A stretch of DNA of 56,175 nucleotides, filler included, from Sphacelaria rigidula (taxonomy: Eukaryota), in assembly GCA_964200075.2 (NCBI GenBank). It is 4 parts of 4 records of this genome, joined end to end, with 100 filler letters (N's around TTAATTAATTAA, not from the genome) between each part and the next. Parts side by side here need not be neighbours in the genome. Positions count along the whole stretch, not along the records: positions 28,141 to 42,108 come from CAXNAA020002542.1; positions 42,209 to 56,175 come from CAXNAA020002543.1; 2 more parts are not named here. One strand, given 5' to 3'. Positions 34,401 to 45,400 of the stretch are shown one piece after another. Every line of letters starts with the position of its first letter. The stretch's first letter is position 1. The position numbers and the translations under genes are program-made. Under the pieces are notes generated by a model that was not told the origin of the DNA, searched no databases, and saw only the letters and a list, made by a program, of their open reading frames with translations.

Positions 34401-37400
34401 CAACAAAGTTTTTTGGGGGTTTTTGTCCGTTGTTGGCCCCTCCTCCGGTCTTGTGGGGNNNNNNNNNNGGGGATCCTGCCTTTCTGCAACGATGCGGTGG
34501 GGTCGCTTGGCCCTTTGTTCGCGGAGGGATAGCTTGGCTGGGTGGGGGGGGGGGGGGGCGTACTCAGAACCCGATATAGTTTGTATGGTGATTTCTGCCG
34601 CTTGTGCGCCCTACTTCGGACTGTGACGGTGCTTGGGTGAATTCTGTCGCACGAGGTGCCCACGCGTCGCCAATCCGTGGAACGAATATACTTGATAATG
34701 TTTTAGTGGCTCAGTCACATGACTCGCATTCTTCGTCGACTTGGATTTCGGCACGCCAATACTTTGCGTCGTGAGTACTGATGGATGATCGATTCACTTG
34801 TGATTGATTATCGCACACCTACTGATCCCCTTGGGGATCCCGCCGTGGTCGGAGGTTAGGCGTACCCAAAGCGAACAAACACACAACAATAACACTCGCT
34901 GAAGAAAACTCGAGCGAGACCAAGAGAAGAACAATGAACAAACGGAGTTAATGACCAAAAGGGAGAGACGAACAAACAAAAACACAACTATATATATATA
35001 TATATTCAGAAGAAAAAGAACGGAAAGGAGAATACCGTGAGCCGTTTACGAAGATTCTGCGACCAACGTGGCAATTATTTTTTCGTTATCCAATATACTT
35101 GTTCCAAAGCACCCATGTCGCTGTGCTTTCCCCCTGGTCCTCATCGTTTTATTCCCATGCACCACCGCTCGTTGCCGATCATGATACCATATCACCCGGA
35201 GATTCGAGCGGGGGAGTCAGTAAAGTTCGTGGTAAAGTTTACCAGTTCGAATACGGTAACGCTCGAGCTTCCGCTGACCTTCGAGACGGTCGGAACCGGC
35301 AAGCGTCATCAGCTTCACATCTCGGGACATTGTACACTCCCTTCTATCAACGCCGACCCGCGCAACGTGTTCATGAGGCGCGTCAAGCATAGAGCCGAGG
35401 GAAGCATACCGCCAGTCAGTAAGAGATTCGTTATTTCCCGTGGGGAGTACGAGTTCGGGCCGCTGTTGACCTGGAAACGGGCGGAAAAAAGGCGAGATTG
35501 GCGTCCAGAAGTTTGTATATCTCGGAGAATGCCTCGCTTGGAGTTAAAATATGGATTATGTGTAGTAATATCACAATCAACTTGGTCTCGGAGGGAAAAA
35601 TTGTCGTATTCTCTGCGACGTGGGGCGTCTTTTTAACAGCAGTGAGCAGACTGTTCATCGCTGCCCCCATAGCTCGAAACGGCAGCATCATCTTCTCGGC
35701 AGTGGTTGGTGCCGCGGCCGTAAAATTTAGCGGCCACGTATTTATCTTGTGCAATGATGATGACTCCTCTTACTTGTGTGGTAATTAGTCACTCGAATAG
35801 AGTAGATTCCATGCTTGACGTTACACATCGAAGTATCTGCGGCATTGAGTTGTACGTGTACAAAAGATGATGATTTCACTCGTTCCCTGTCCGTCCCCCC
35901 CTGCCCCCCTCAATGCTCCGTCTCGAAAGGGATGCGTGGTCAATGGTCAAATGACTAAGGCAAGCAACAAATGAGTACGCCCCCGCTCCCTCCCCAAACA
36001 CAGACATCTACCGCAGTCTGCAAGTAACGAAAAGGCAAGCCCAGGCGGGGGCGCAAGCGAGGGTGGGCGAAACCTCCTGTCCAAGCACGTCACACGGCAA
36101 GAGGCACACGCCGCTCTGGTGAAGACCAACTCCGATACGTTCCGTCTGTCGAACGACGGTCGATTTCCGGCGAAGGTGTCATTTGCATTCGAGAAGCAGT
36201 CGCATGTAAGTCAGAGGGGTGGACACATACAACGACGGCCCGGGCAGAAATTTTCTCGATTTTCCTGCTGCAGGTTAAGCGCGCCCCGGGGGTTTCCCTG
36301 GTGTGGCAATCGTTGATCAGGGCGGAAGGTGGCGGGTTGACTGACATCCCGGCATATATATATTTTTTTTGTTTCTTGCAAAACTTGGCACTGTCTTTGA
36401 ACGCATGGGGACGCAAGTAATAAAGCAAATTTTCGACGAGCGTCGACGTGGTGCGGCAGTGCTGATGCAACCCGCGGTACTTGATCGTGAGCTAATTACC
36501 CGGGGAGGTATGGGTGGGATCCCTTGGAACCGCGTGCTCCTCCGGAGGAAGGGAAAGGGTTCAAAGCGTCCCCAAGAATAGATGTGAAGCGTGCAGTGTG
36601 TTTTACGTGAGAGATTGCTACGAAGATTAATCCTCCGCGGAGCCGTGTGCAGTTTGACAATACAATACATGAGCGCGAGGAGGTGTTTCGTGTGCCGGCT
36701 TTCGATGTCTATAAGACATGAATAGCAGAAACTGCAGAGTGGATTTCAATATTTAAAAGCGCCTCGACCAACAAAACAGTGGTTTCCCCGACCTAAAACT
36801 AATGATGCCTAATGTCGGTTTTGTCAGCCTAATGCAACCTCGATCACGTGGAAACTATTTCAGCGCCTTTCGCCGATTCTGTGAGTCCACAGCGCTGAGT
36901 GCAAGCGTTATTTTCCCGTCAAATTGATCACCCGAAGTCGGCGCAAAACGATGATTTCGCTCAGCACTGTGGGACTACAGAATCGGTAAAAGACGCTGAA
37001 ATAATTTCCACGTGATCGAGGGACACTAGGCCAACAAAACCGTCATCGGGGATGGTCCGTTCTGGTTTGGGGCACGCTCTGTTTTGAGTTCGAGACATTT
37101 TTCAAGATTGAAAGTCATTCTGCAGCTCGGGCTGTTTATGGTACATGGAAAAAGTGTTACGTTTCTTATGATGAGCATTGAATGGGGGATATTTGAAAGA
37201 GTACTGCTGGACGGATGCAACGACGCCACACGCAAGGGAATGGCACACGAAAACGATGCGACTAGGACTTGTGACCCATTCTAATTGAGGTGCAAAATCT
37301 GTCTTGATAATGGGAAAATTTGTTGCGGTAGGATTTTTTCTGCCTCAGTAAAATTGCATGCGTACATTCGACGATATACATAGTCATACTCCACACGAGG

Positions 37401-38761
37401 GTGAGCACATCCTTGCTCGAGACACGAATTGCTTTCAGCGCATGTAGCACGTGCTCCGCATCAACGGCGGGGTGCAGGATGGGCACAAAAAGGCCACGGA
37501 CAGTCATGATCTCTTGCGCTTACATTGCGTCTTCCGGCGAGCAGCCAACCTTGCCCACTTGTTTCCATTCGGTTGTCCATCCGACACGTCTCTTGGTCGC
37601 CACATGTTTGCTACAACAAGAGCTTTAATATGGTGTGTTTGGGTATGGGGCGCTCACGTTTGGAGTCATTCAGTGGTTTACATGATAACTGAAAACCAAC
37701 TGTAATTCGAGTGCCGTGCGTCGAAGTAAGATATTTAATCTGGGATACACTCATCTCGTGTTGCTCTTCAAACCTCCTCCCAGGAAAGTAAAGTCAGAGG
37801 TTCAATGGATGATTATGCAGCTGCCACGGCGGCCGCGACAGTCGCAACTCCGGTTGGCGGGGAAGCAGGCGGTGATGGCGACATGGCCTCGACCGGCGCT
37901 TCAAGAAAGAAGGTGAGATCATCCTTGTGCCGCCGAGAAACGTTGTCGATACCCTCTTCTTATCGGTATGAACGAATTTCGCCTAAATCGATTTCAAGCT
38001 GAGTCTCGAATACAAACGAACGCAAACGACCTTGCACAAGTGGAGCGCGCCGGCACGTTAGTGTCATCCTGGAGAAAAATCGATCTGCGACGATTCTCGG
38101 GGTAGGAGGGTGCAACTGGTACTCGATCTGTTTTACCCTGACGGCCCTCCAATGCATCGCCTGGCAAGTCGATGCTGACTCATTACTACCGACGTAACTG
38201 GGGGATCTCACAGTTTCGCGTATTTGAGCGTTTTTATTCTTCGCAGGAGTTGGTGCCGTCTCCCCTCCCGCGGCTCAATCGTTCGGGAACTGGTCGAGTA
38301 TCCTTTCTATGTTAGTCACCGTGTGTGTTGTCATCCCATCTATTCTAGACGCCGGTCCACACTTTCCGGTATGTGTGGGCGCATCAGCCGGGGTCACACA
38401 GAAGGAAGGTCAACACGGGAGTTTTTTCGTTTTAATTTTTTTCAAGTACCCCACCTTCCTTCTGCGGTGCTCGCCTTTTTTTTTATCGCGAGACGAGTTC
38501 AGCCGTCCCTTTCCCTCGTCGACCGTTAAGTCGAATTTCGTGTACCCACGACATAGTCGCTCTCCACTGTCGGGCATGGTGTGAGAAAAGATCCCAGATC
38601 GCTCCCAGAACTGAACCCACGACTCAACCGTCAGAAGGTTTCGAGGTTACCAATTGAACTACCGGGGCGACCAGTCCCCATGAATGAAATGATGACAAAG
38701 AAAATAGAAGACCAGTCGAACTGTTAGGTTAGTCTGGCGGTTTTGCGTGAAGGTGGAATCC

Positions 38762-38828
<67 letters not shown>

Positions 38829-39917
38829 CCTTGCTCTACGATCGGAAACTTGCCGCTCGATGTGCAAAAACTATTTCAAATCATACCTATCACGGGCGAT
38901 TGGTTCAAACATCCTAGGCAACCCCGGGTCATGTACTCAGTGAGTACCGCTCTTCATGTACATCGCTAGTTTCTGCTGCCCATCACTCATCTCGCCATAA
39001 TCGTCGCAAAAAACACTGTCGGATCCGGAATCGCAGACGTTCTACGTCGAGCCAGAGACTATAGATCTGGCCATTGGGGAAACGAAGGAGATTCGGGTCT
39101 GGGCCTTTCCAGCGGAGGTCAACACGTACAAGGTCAGGGCGTACTGTATTTCACGGCGTGCCGTGCTAATCAGGGCCCAAACGAAGTGTCTCACGGCTGT
39201 TCTCTACTTTCAGTTACATCTTTTCCAGCGGAGAAGCTTGTGTCTCGAACGCCGATCTCTGCTTCAACAAGTCTCCGCGATAGCGTTCTCCGAAACGAAA
39301 TCCCAGACGGGGTGTTCGGCCCGCAAGTACGAGATCTATTGTTGAGGATAATTTTTTTCTAGTCTTAGTACCCCCCCCGCGTGATCAATGGTCGAACGAC
39401 TAAGGCAAGCAACAAATGAGTACGCCCCCCCCTGCCTCCCTGCTCTGTCTCGAAAAAGATGCGTAGTCGATGGTCGAACGACTGAGGCAAGCAACAGATG
39501 AGTACGCTCCCTCCCTATCGCTATGCACGTACAACATAAGAGTGTGTTTGAACCGTTGAGCGGAAATAATGCAGGCGAGTCGAAGCTCCGTCCCGTATTA
39601 TCCCGCTCTCGGGCACGACGCTAACCGTGTGTCCTTTCGGCCTATCTTCAGTATGTCTTTTTTCCCTGCACTCCTGCAAGCAACCCGCGAGTACAACAAA
39701 CCCCCAATCCCTAGCCAAGCCAATGGGTGCAACCCCAACAATAACCGCACCTCATTTGCAGGACACGCTCATTGCATGTGTGACGGACAACCCCCGCCCA
39801 GTGCTGTTCCCGGTGTCGTGCTCCGGCGCTGCACCGAAGGCGGTCGTGGAAGGGCCTTGGGATGGCGCCTTGTCGAGAGAACGCGCTGCTCTTGAAGAAT
39901 TGCGTGCTAGCCTTGAG
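28479..39917 (+). CDS. HYDIN: HYDIN axonemal central-pair protein, internal part; exons 28479-28879, 30192-30462, 30973-31104, 31908-32116, 32799-33780, 35202-35510, 36017-36205, 37784-37912, 39037-39132, 39762-39917
   Basis: Hydin ADK-like VPSDLLTEVLRWRLAKPDCDRGVIVDGLNSRFA; YRWV|IRAGESVKFVVKF..TFETVGT..GHCTLPSINADPRNVF..KRFVISRGEYEFGPLL; TFYVEPETIDLAIGETKEIRVWAFP; DTLIACVTDNPRPVLFPVSCSG. Phases are consistent throughout. Confidence 0.88.
29010..29207 (-). mobile_element. Possible second tRNA-derived SINE
   Basis: Minus-strand head GCACCACGGTGGCCTCAGGG (A-box-like)...GGGGTTTGATCCCCGCCAGGGGCG (T-arm/B-box-like); single copy in the window. Confidence 0.4.
31143..31691. mobile_element. Tc1/mariner-type MITE (549 bp) in a HYDIN intron
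   Basis: TA|CAGTAGTCGGCGGTCTAAC ... GTTAGACCGCCCACTACTG|TA: 19-bp TIR with 1 mismatch and a TA duplication. Confidence 0.85.
34798..35030 (-). mobile_element. LINE 3' UTR remnant
   Basis: Minus strand: T-rich tract, then CCGACCACGGCGGGATCCCCAAGGGGATCAGTAGGTGTGCGATAATCAATC. Confidence 0.6.
35914..35995 (+). mobile_element. 3'-end fragment of the C-tailed LINE family
   Basis: TGCTCCGTCTCGAAAGGGATGCGTGGTCAATGGTCAAATGACTAAGGCAAGCAACAAATGAGTACGCCCCC, nearly identical to 56065-56140. Confidence 0.85.
36812..37046. repeat. Long intronic foldback (~90-bp arms); MITE or hairpin RNA
   Basis: CCTCGATCACGTGGAAACTATTTCAGCGCCTTTCGCCGATTCTGT (36838-) is inverted against ACAGAATCGGTAAAAGACGCTGAAATAATTTCCACGTGATCGAGG (-37021); pairing extends outward. 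Confidence 0.85.
38321..38672 (-). mobile_element. tRNA-derived SINE (same family as 25969-26327)
   Basis: Collinear along its length; head GGTCGCCCCGGTAGTTCAATTGGTAACCTCGAAACC. Confidence 0.85.
38764..38826. repeat. (TG)n microsatellite
   Basis: About 31 TG units. Confidence 0.97.
39379..39515 (+). mobile_element. Two tandem 3'-end fragments of the C-tailed LINE family
   Basis: ATGGTCGAACGACT(A/G)AGGCAAGCAACA(A/G)ATGAGTACGC occurs twice, each copy followed by a C-rich tail. Confidence 0.85.
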
Positions 39918-40729
39918 GTAATTCGCGGTATTGCTGCAGTCACAATTGGTTGCTTTTATTTCTTTGTTTTCAAGTTGTTTAGCCGTTTTTAATCTCTAAA
40001 ATAATTTTTTGAAAGAGTGATAGTACCATTTTTTGTCTATGTTCTTACCGACTGAATCTCACCTTATTGATTGCTCACTATTGCGACGTGTTTTTGTGAT
40101 GTCCACATATATAAAGTACGCATCGCCCTCCACAATCTGGGCGCTAGCGAGCTAGACGCGGTATACTCTCGATCCTCTGTGTTTTGCTTGTGTCAAATGA
40201 GCATACACCATACATGCACTTTCCTGTATCCTCGCTCGCCGCCCGGCTGGAGATGATTCCGTCGGGTAAACCAAACCCAGCCAGAGACCGAGTGATACAG
40301 CCACGCGCGTAGAGGAGAAAGGTGTGAACCTACAGACTTAGTCTGTGGACTGCGTCGGTGTAAAATGGAGGCGATGGATTTACCAGCGGGTTAGATTGCT
40401 CGTGATGAGCTCCACGCTCAATCCCGAAGTTGTCGAATCCCACCTACTCATGGCCTTTAAGCTCAATCCCAGATTGTGACACCATCGTGTACAACGCGTC
40501 GATGGAGGTGAGATACAAGAGAGTAGGCACCACAACCGGTGGACTGAAGCTCGCGGATGACGTCATCCGGGACGGGCGCACCCTCTTCGTGGGACCAAAA
40601 TGAAGGGCAGTGGGGACATTGACAGACCGAAGAGAAAATCAGAACAATAAAGAGTTATACAGACGAAAGATTGAAAGGAAGGCACGGTCACGAAAGAGAG
40701 CATGACAAAAAGTAGAATATGTAGCTAGA

Positions 40730-41900
40730 ACTGGGTCCCGTAAACGGGAACCCACACTCGCGATCTACCAGGTTCGTACGTTGTACGTCACGGGTCAGAA
40801 CGGGACTGGTCATGCTGAGTTAGTGCGCAAAGATTTGATGAATCGTTATCAGCGTTCAGCAGATGCGTAGACCAAGAAGAGCTCAGCTCGTTTCCCGAGG
40901 GTGTGCCGTCTTCTGCCGCGGAGCGGACGGGAGCAACGGAAGAGTTAGACGAGATCGGTTGGGTTGCCGGTCAAGGAGTCGATCATCCACTGGGCTACGT
41001 GAACACAGGTGTCCATGATCGAGCGCTATGTGGACACAGGTTATCAAGATTGAGCGCTTCGTGCCGATGACTTTCAATCCAGCATCGGAAGCGAACGTTA
41101 TCACGCTTGAAGTCGCCTACGCTCCTACAGCCATTTCCAAGTTTGGTAAAAATATAGATAAGGTCTGGGCTAAGTTGGACAGCGCGGTAAGCGGAGTACC
41201 CAACAACCATCACCTGATTGCTTGGATAGACGCTGACGCTAGGAATCGGGAATGAGGAGGAGGGTTGAGGCCATAAAAAAGTAACGGCATACGGGAAGGA
41301 TTCCCGGGCCAGCGACAGAAATGGAATCGCGTTACTTGGACGTTTAGGTGGAAATGGCTCGCCCAAGTATTGTCTTACCCCGAAGGAGGCACGTCGCGTA
41401 TGCCCGACGGATTACGAGCCGTCTAACGGACAGTGAACGTATCGACTACATCATCACACGGTAATCTCACCGCCGGTTTGTTCAAAATATTGCTGTCCAC
41501 CTGTAACTGCCGAGATCGCCACATTCAGACCACATCGTGTACGCCATAGAACGACTCTTCTTGGCAAAGTCGCACGCAACATACATTGACGTACAAGCGT
41601 GAATAGCTTACACAGCTTAGGATCGCCGAGCTCACATAAAGCAGAACCGGAGGCTCTCTCCGTAAAAAGGCTGCCAATTTTGTGGACACCCTTACACAGC
41701 TTCTCATCACCCAGCTCACACAGGCAGAACCAGAGGTTCACTCGGTAAAAAGGCTGCCAATTTTGTGGATACACTTCTGAGATCCGCCGAGAAGGTGATC
41801 CCGTGTCTGATTCAAAACTCCCGTGTGCAAGGGTGGTTCGTGAACGCTGCGAACGAAACAGACTTCGAAGAGGTCTGGAATCATTCGGAGTGGACGCAAA
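40730..41900 (+). mobile_element. Decayed RTE-like LINE 5' part (APE endonuclease) with an internal 84-bp tandem duplication (41607-41690 / 41691-41775)
   Basis: VRTLYVTGQNGTGHAELV, GCAVFCRGADGSNG..LPVKESII, LEVAYAPT..WAKLDSAVSGVPNNHHLIAWIDADARNRE, RIDYIITR, SDHIV, KAANFVDTLLRSAEKVIP..QGWF. Confidence 0.8.
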
Positions 41901-42108
41901 CAGCCATGCATGCAGAGTCGAGGGATAGCCCCGCCCAGCGTGCCGCGCCCCGGTGGTGTAATGGTCCGACGTTCGCCAGTAGGGTGGAGAGAACGGGGGT
42001 TCGATTTCTGATGCGTTGGGTTTTTCTTCGTAATGTATTATTTCCACCATGGAAAGCGTGAGAACGTGAGTAAACAAAGTAGTCGGCTGGGTTTGTGTGA
42101 CGTGAGTT

Positions 42109-42208
42109 NNNNNNNNNNNNNNNNNNNNNNNNNNNNNNNNNNNNNNNNNNNNTTAATTAATTAANNNNNNNNNNNNNNNNNNNNNNNNNNNNNNNNNNNN
42201 NNNNNNNN
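42109..42208. other. Artificial contig-join spacer
   Basis: Same N/TTAATTAATTAA linker. Confidence 0.98.
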
Positions 42209-42294
42209 CCCCGGCTGATGCGCCCACATATCCCGAAAGGGGTAGACTGGCGTCCAGAATAAATGGGACGACAACACAAAAAACACACACACAC
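42209..42294 (+). mobile_element. 3' end of a tRNA-SINE at the contig edge
   Basis: CCCCGGCTGATGCGCCCACA..GGCGTCCAGAATAAATGGGACGACAACAC(AC)n is the reverse complement of 38321-38394. Confidence 0.8.
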
Positions 42295-42425
42295 CAGGGA
42301 CACATCGCTCACCGACAATCGAACTCAACCAAAAGTAGTGGAATGCAATCTCGGGGCTTGTTGATCACACCTTCGGTATCACGCAGCGCGACAATTAATC
42401 GCTACTTCTAGCCTTTTTCAACCAG

Positions 42426-45400
42426 TGTTCGCCGAAACTGCTCGTGTTGCTACCACCGCCGGCCGACACGTTCGCAGGTGGCCACTGGTGAATCATTTCA
42501 CCATGCAAGACGTGTTGCGGCTAAGCGGCCACCGTTTGGACAACAAATCACTCAAAGAGCCCATGGATGTCCAGGAAGCTATATCGGCACTCCAGCATAC
42601 CCTGCGCCTAGTCGTGCCCGCAACCGACCGCGAGCTCGAGCATGACGTAGCTATGATGCTACTCCAACAGTGGCTCAGGCCAACAACGCTCGATAGCAAT
42701 GGAGACGAATCCAATACAGGCGAGGTGAGCACCGAAGTAGTTGAAAATATACTCGACAGCTTCGGCGTAGCTCTGACCTTTGCGCTGCAGCCACAAAATT
42801 ATTCAGATGCCGCGGGTTGCAACTATGGACCCACCGCTGCCGCAACGCGGAACGTACCCGCACTCCTACCGGAAACGCCTCACCTATGGGACCCCCTGGT
42901 GGCTACCAAAACGACATTCGCCGCGAATACTAATGCCGCAAAGACGATCGAGAGTCATAATCTCCGCAGCAGCGATGATGACAGTGGAGTTGGTCTTAAC
43001 CAGCCAGGTGGTGGCGAGGGTACGGGCGGTGGAGGGCAGTGTGTATTCGCGGCATGCACTGCGGGGCGTGAAGAAGTAATCCCCACCGTGCTCTCCCTGT
43101 ACGTGAGGAGGGGTCGGCTACCGCAACCCGGTGAAATAGTGTTTTGCACATCCAACACTACCGAGGAGGAGTTGGATCTGGTCGTGAGAAGATTCGCCGC
43201 GCGACGATCGCAGACAGCCGCCGCCGTCCGTGCTGGAAGTCGAACATTTACCGGTGTCGCTGCGGAGGACGGGCTTGGGGAGAGGAGTGGGGTGGGGTTG
43301 GGTGCCTGTGATGCCGATGAGGGAGTCTTCGTGATCGCGGATGTACATCGCCTATCGTACAGTACCCAGTTTGAGCTTCTTGGGCACTTGCGGTCTAAGG
43401 TGTTGGAGAATGATGGAGAGGACACATTTACCGGCGGCGGTGGGTTGGGTGAGGGCGGCAAAGGTTCCAGGTAAACATGCTACTTGTTCTTGTTCGATAT
43501 GACTGGAGAGAGCTGGTGGCTGGTAACATTTTCGATGGAATCGTTTGTTAGGATGTTGCCGATCGTGGTTGCTACTTGCAGCAATTGCAGCAGCGTACCC
43601 CAGAGGAACTGAGATGAGTCGTGTGCGAATACCTCAGAACATACCCATTGCCGTCCCACTTTCCGCTAGAGCAACCTGCGAATACATAATCCCTGCCGCC
43701 TGAATCACCAGGCTCGATGAACGTGACAACGGCCCCGATCGGGTGGCGAGAGGAGCGGTGTTGCTGGTGATATCTGGTGAACCCCGACAAGCCCTGTTGA
43801 GCTGGCTGAGCGGGCACATAGTGGAAGTGCCGCCACTGCCTGCGGACGCTTTAAGGAAGGCCGTCTCGTACGCCCTCGAGAAGCACTACCGAGGTAGAGC
43901 GTAGGTTTTGGCGCATTGTAGGGAAAGAAAACGGTATGTTGTTTCGGCGTCATAATGTTGTGCTTCTCTCAGATAATCGGTACTGGATGGGCATATCCGA
44001 AACGTTTTCGCCTTCTAGAGATACTGACGCTCGACGAAGAACACGCGGGTGATCGTAGATACCTCGACGTTAACCTGAGCGTGGACATTGTCATCTCCAC
44101 GTTTGTGGCGAAGTTGGAAGTGTGAAAACAGTATCCTATTCAAAACACCTCACCGCAACGTGGATGTTCAATCATCCATCTCAAGGCACCCTAATGGTCA
44201 CGTATGCAGTCTCGCCGTTCCCCAGTCTGTGAGATATGAAACGGTGTGGAGTCCTGAAGCACTGGGCATAGGTGCAGCGACTAAAATCGAATGTGGGAGG
44301 TATTGATCCTTTCCCACGAAATATTCCGTGCGGTAGAGCTGGTAAGATTGAGTCGCTGCCTGAGAAAACCTGTCATGCGTGCCGGAGCCTTGTATCGCGC
44401 GGGTCCGAGACTTGCATATGCGACTAAGATCTTCGCGGTCGCCCTAACCAATAACACGGCGGCGCTCTCAATATTCGTCCGGGATGGGTGTGGCGCAGGC
44501 GATTCAGACAGCGGCGTTCAAGAGTAGGGTCTGAACGACTTGCGTGTGCCTCTACGTTTCTGTAGGTACGACTATGGCTGTTCGAAGTGACACCAACGGA
44601 GGCGGAAAGACTCACTACATCATGAAGCAGGTGGGGCGTCCCGTAGGTTCGATGAGTGACTCGTGACGTTTTCCGTGAAATGCCTTCTTGACCCTTCTCT
44701 AGACAATGAAGAGATAAGCACGGACTTTCTAACGCGCGTCGTCGCCGACGCTGAAGTTTGATCCTCTACGGTTGACGCGGGTGTACGTTATATCCCACGC
44801 TTGTAATACTTTCAAAGGTCCCGCCTTTTGCAAGATTGACAAGTCGCTTACACAAACTGAAACGAGGTTAATCCTGTGATTGCCAGGTGGGTCATCTGGG
44901 TCATGGCGATATCACATGTAAAATATGGCCCCAATTCAACCGCTGACCTACTCTGACGGTCAAAGGACCCACGAACTGTAATACAGCCTGCGTGCATCTT
45001 TCATGTACGTTTCCAACATGGTGATACCTTGCGACGGTGGGGAATGCGGCTCATGTGGGACAACCTGGACCGACGCTCACCTGTTTTGCTATCGTCTGCC
45101 ACGGATACGGTGCATGGCTGGCGCAGCCAAGGATGCAGTCAGCCGATGCTGCTAGCATCCGCCATCTTCACAAACCGTTTATGTTCATGTTTGAGTGCAT
45201 TGTCCTGTTCGTAAAATTACAAGGGAACGCACACGATACGGACCAGCCGTACCGTGCAAACTGTAGAACGTCTACGATGCATGCCAAAATGGTTCCGATT
45301 CTCCTCCCTATGTGCATGCTCCCACTGTCATTACGTGCGCGCCATTTTTCAGGCAGCAACCTCCGTTGCCCCACAATACGTGCGAATGCCCGTGGGAGAG

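Noticed and set aside
34372-34545. Duplicated G-run segment around a 10-N gap
   Set aside because: Same artefact pattern.
41607-41775. 84-bp repeats as a CRISPR-like or zinc-finger array
   Set aside because: Only two units with no spacers, inside a LINE reading frame; a simple tandem duplication.
13971-42208. Linkage among RAD51, the Ngaro element, HYDIN and the RNF213-like gene
   Set aside because: They lie on separate contigs joined by artificial spacers, so adjacency has no biological meaning.
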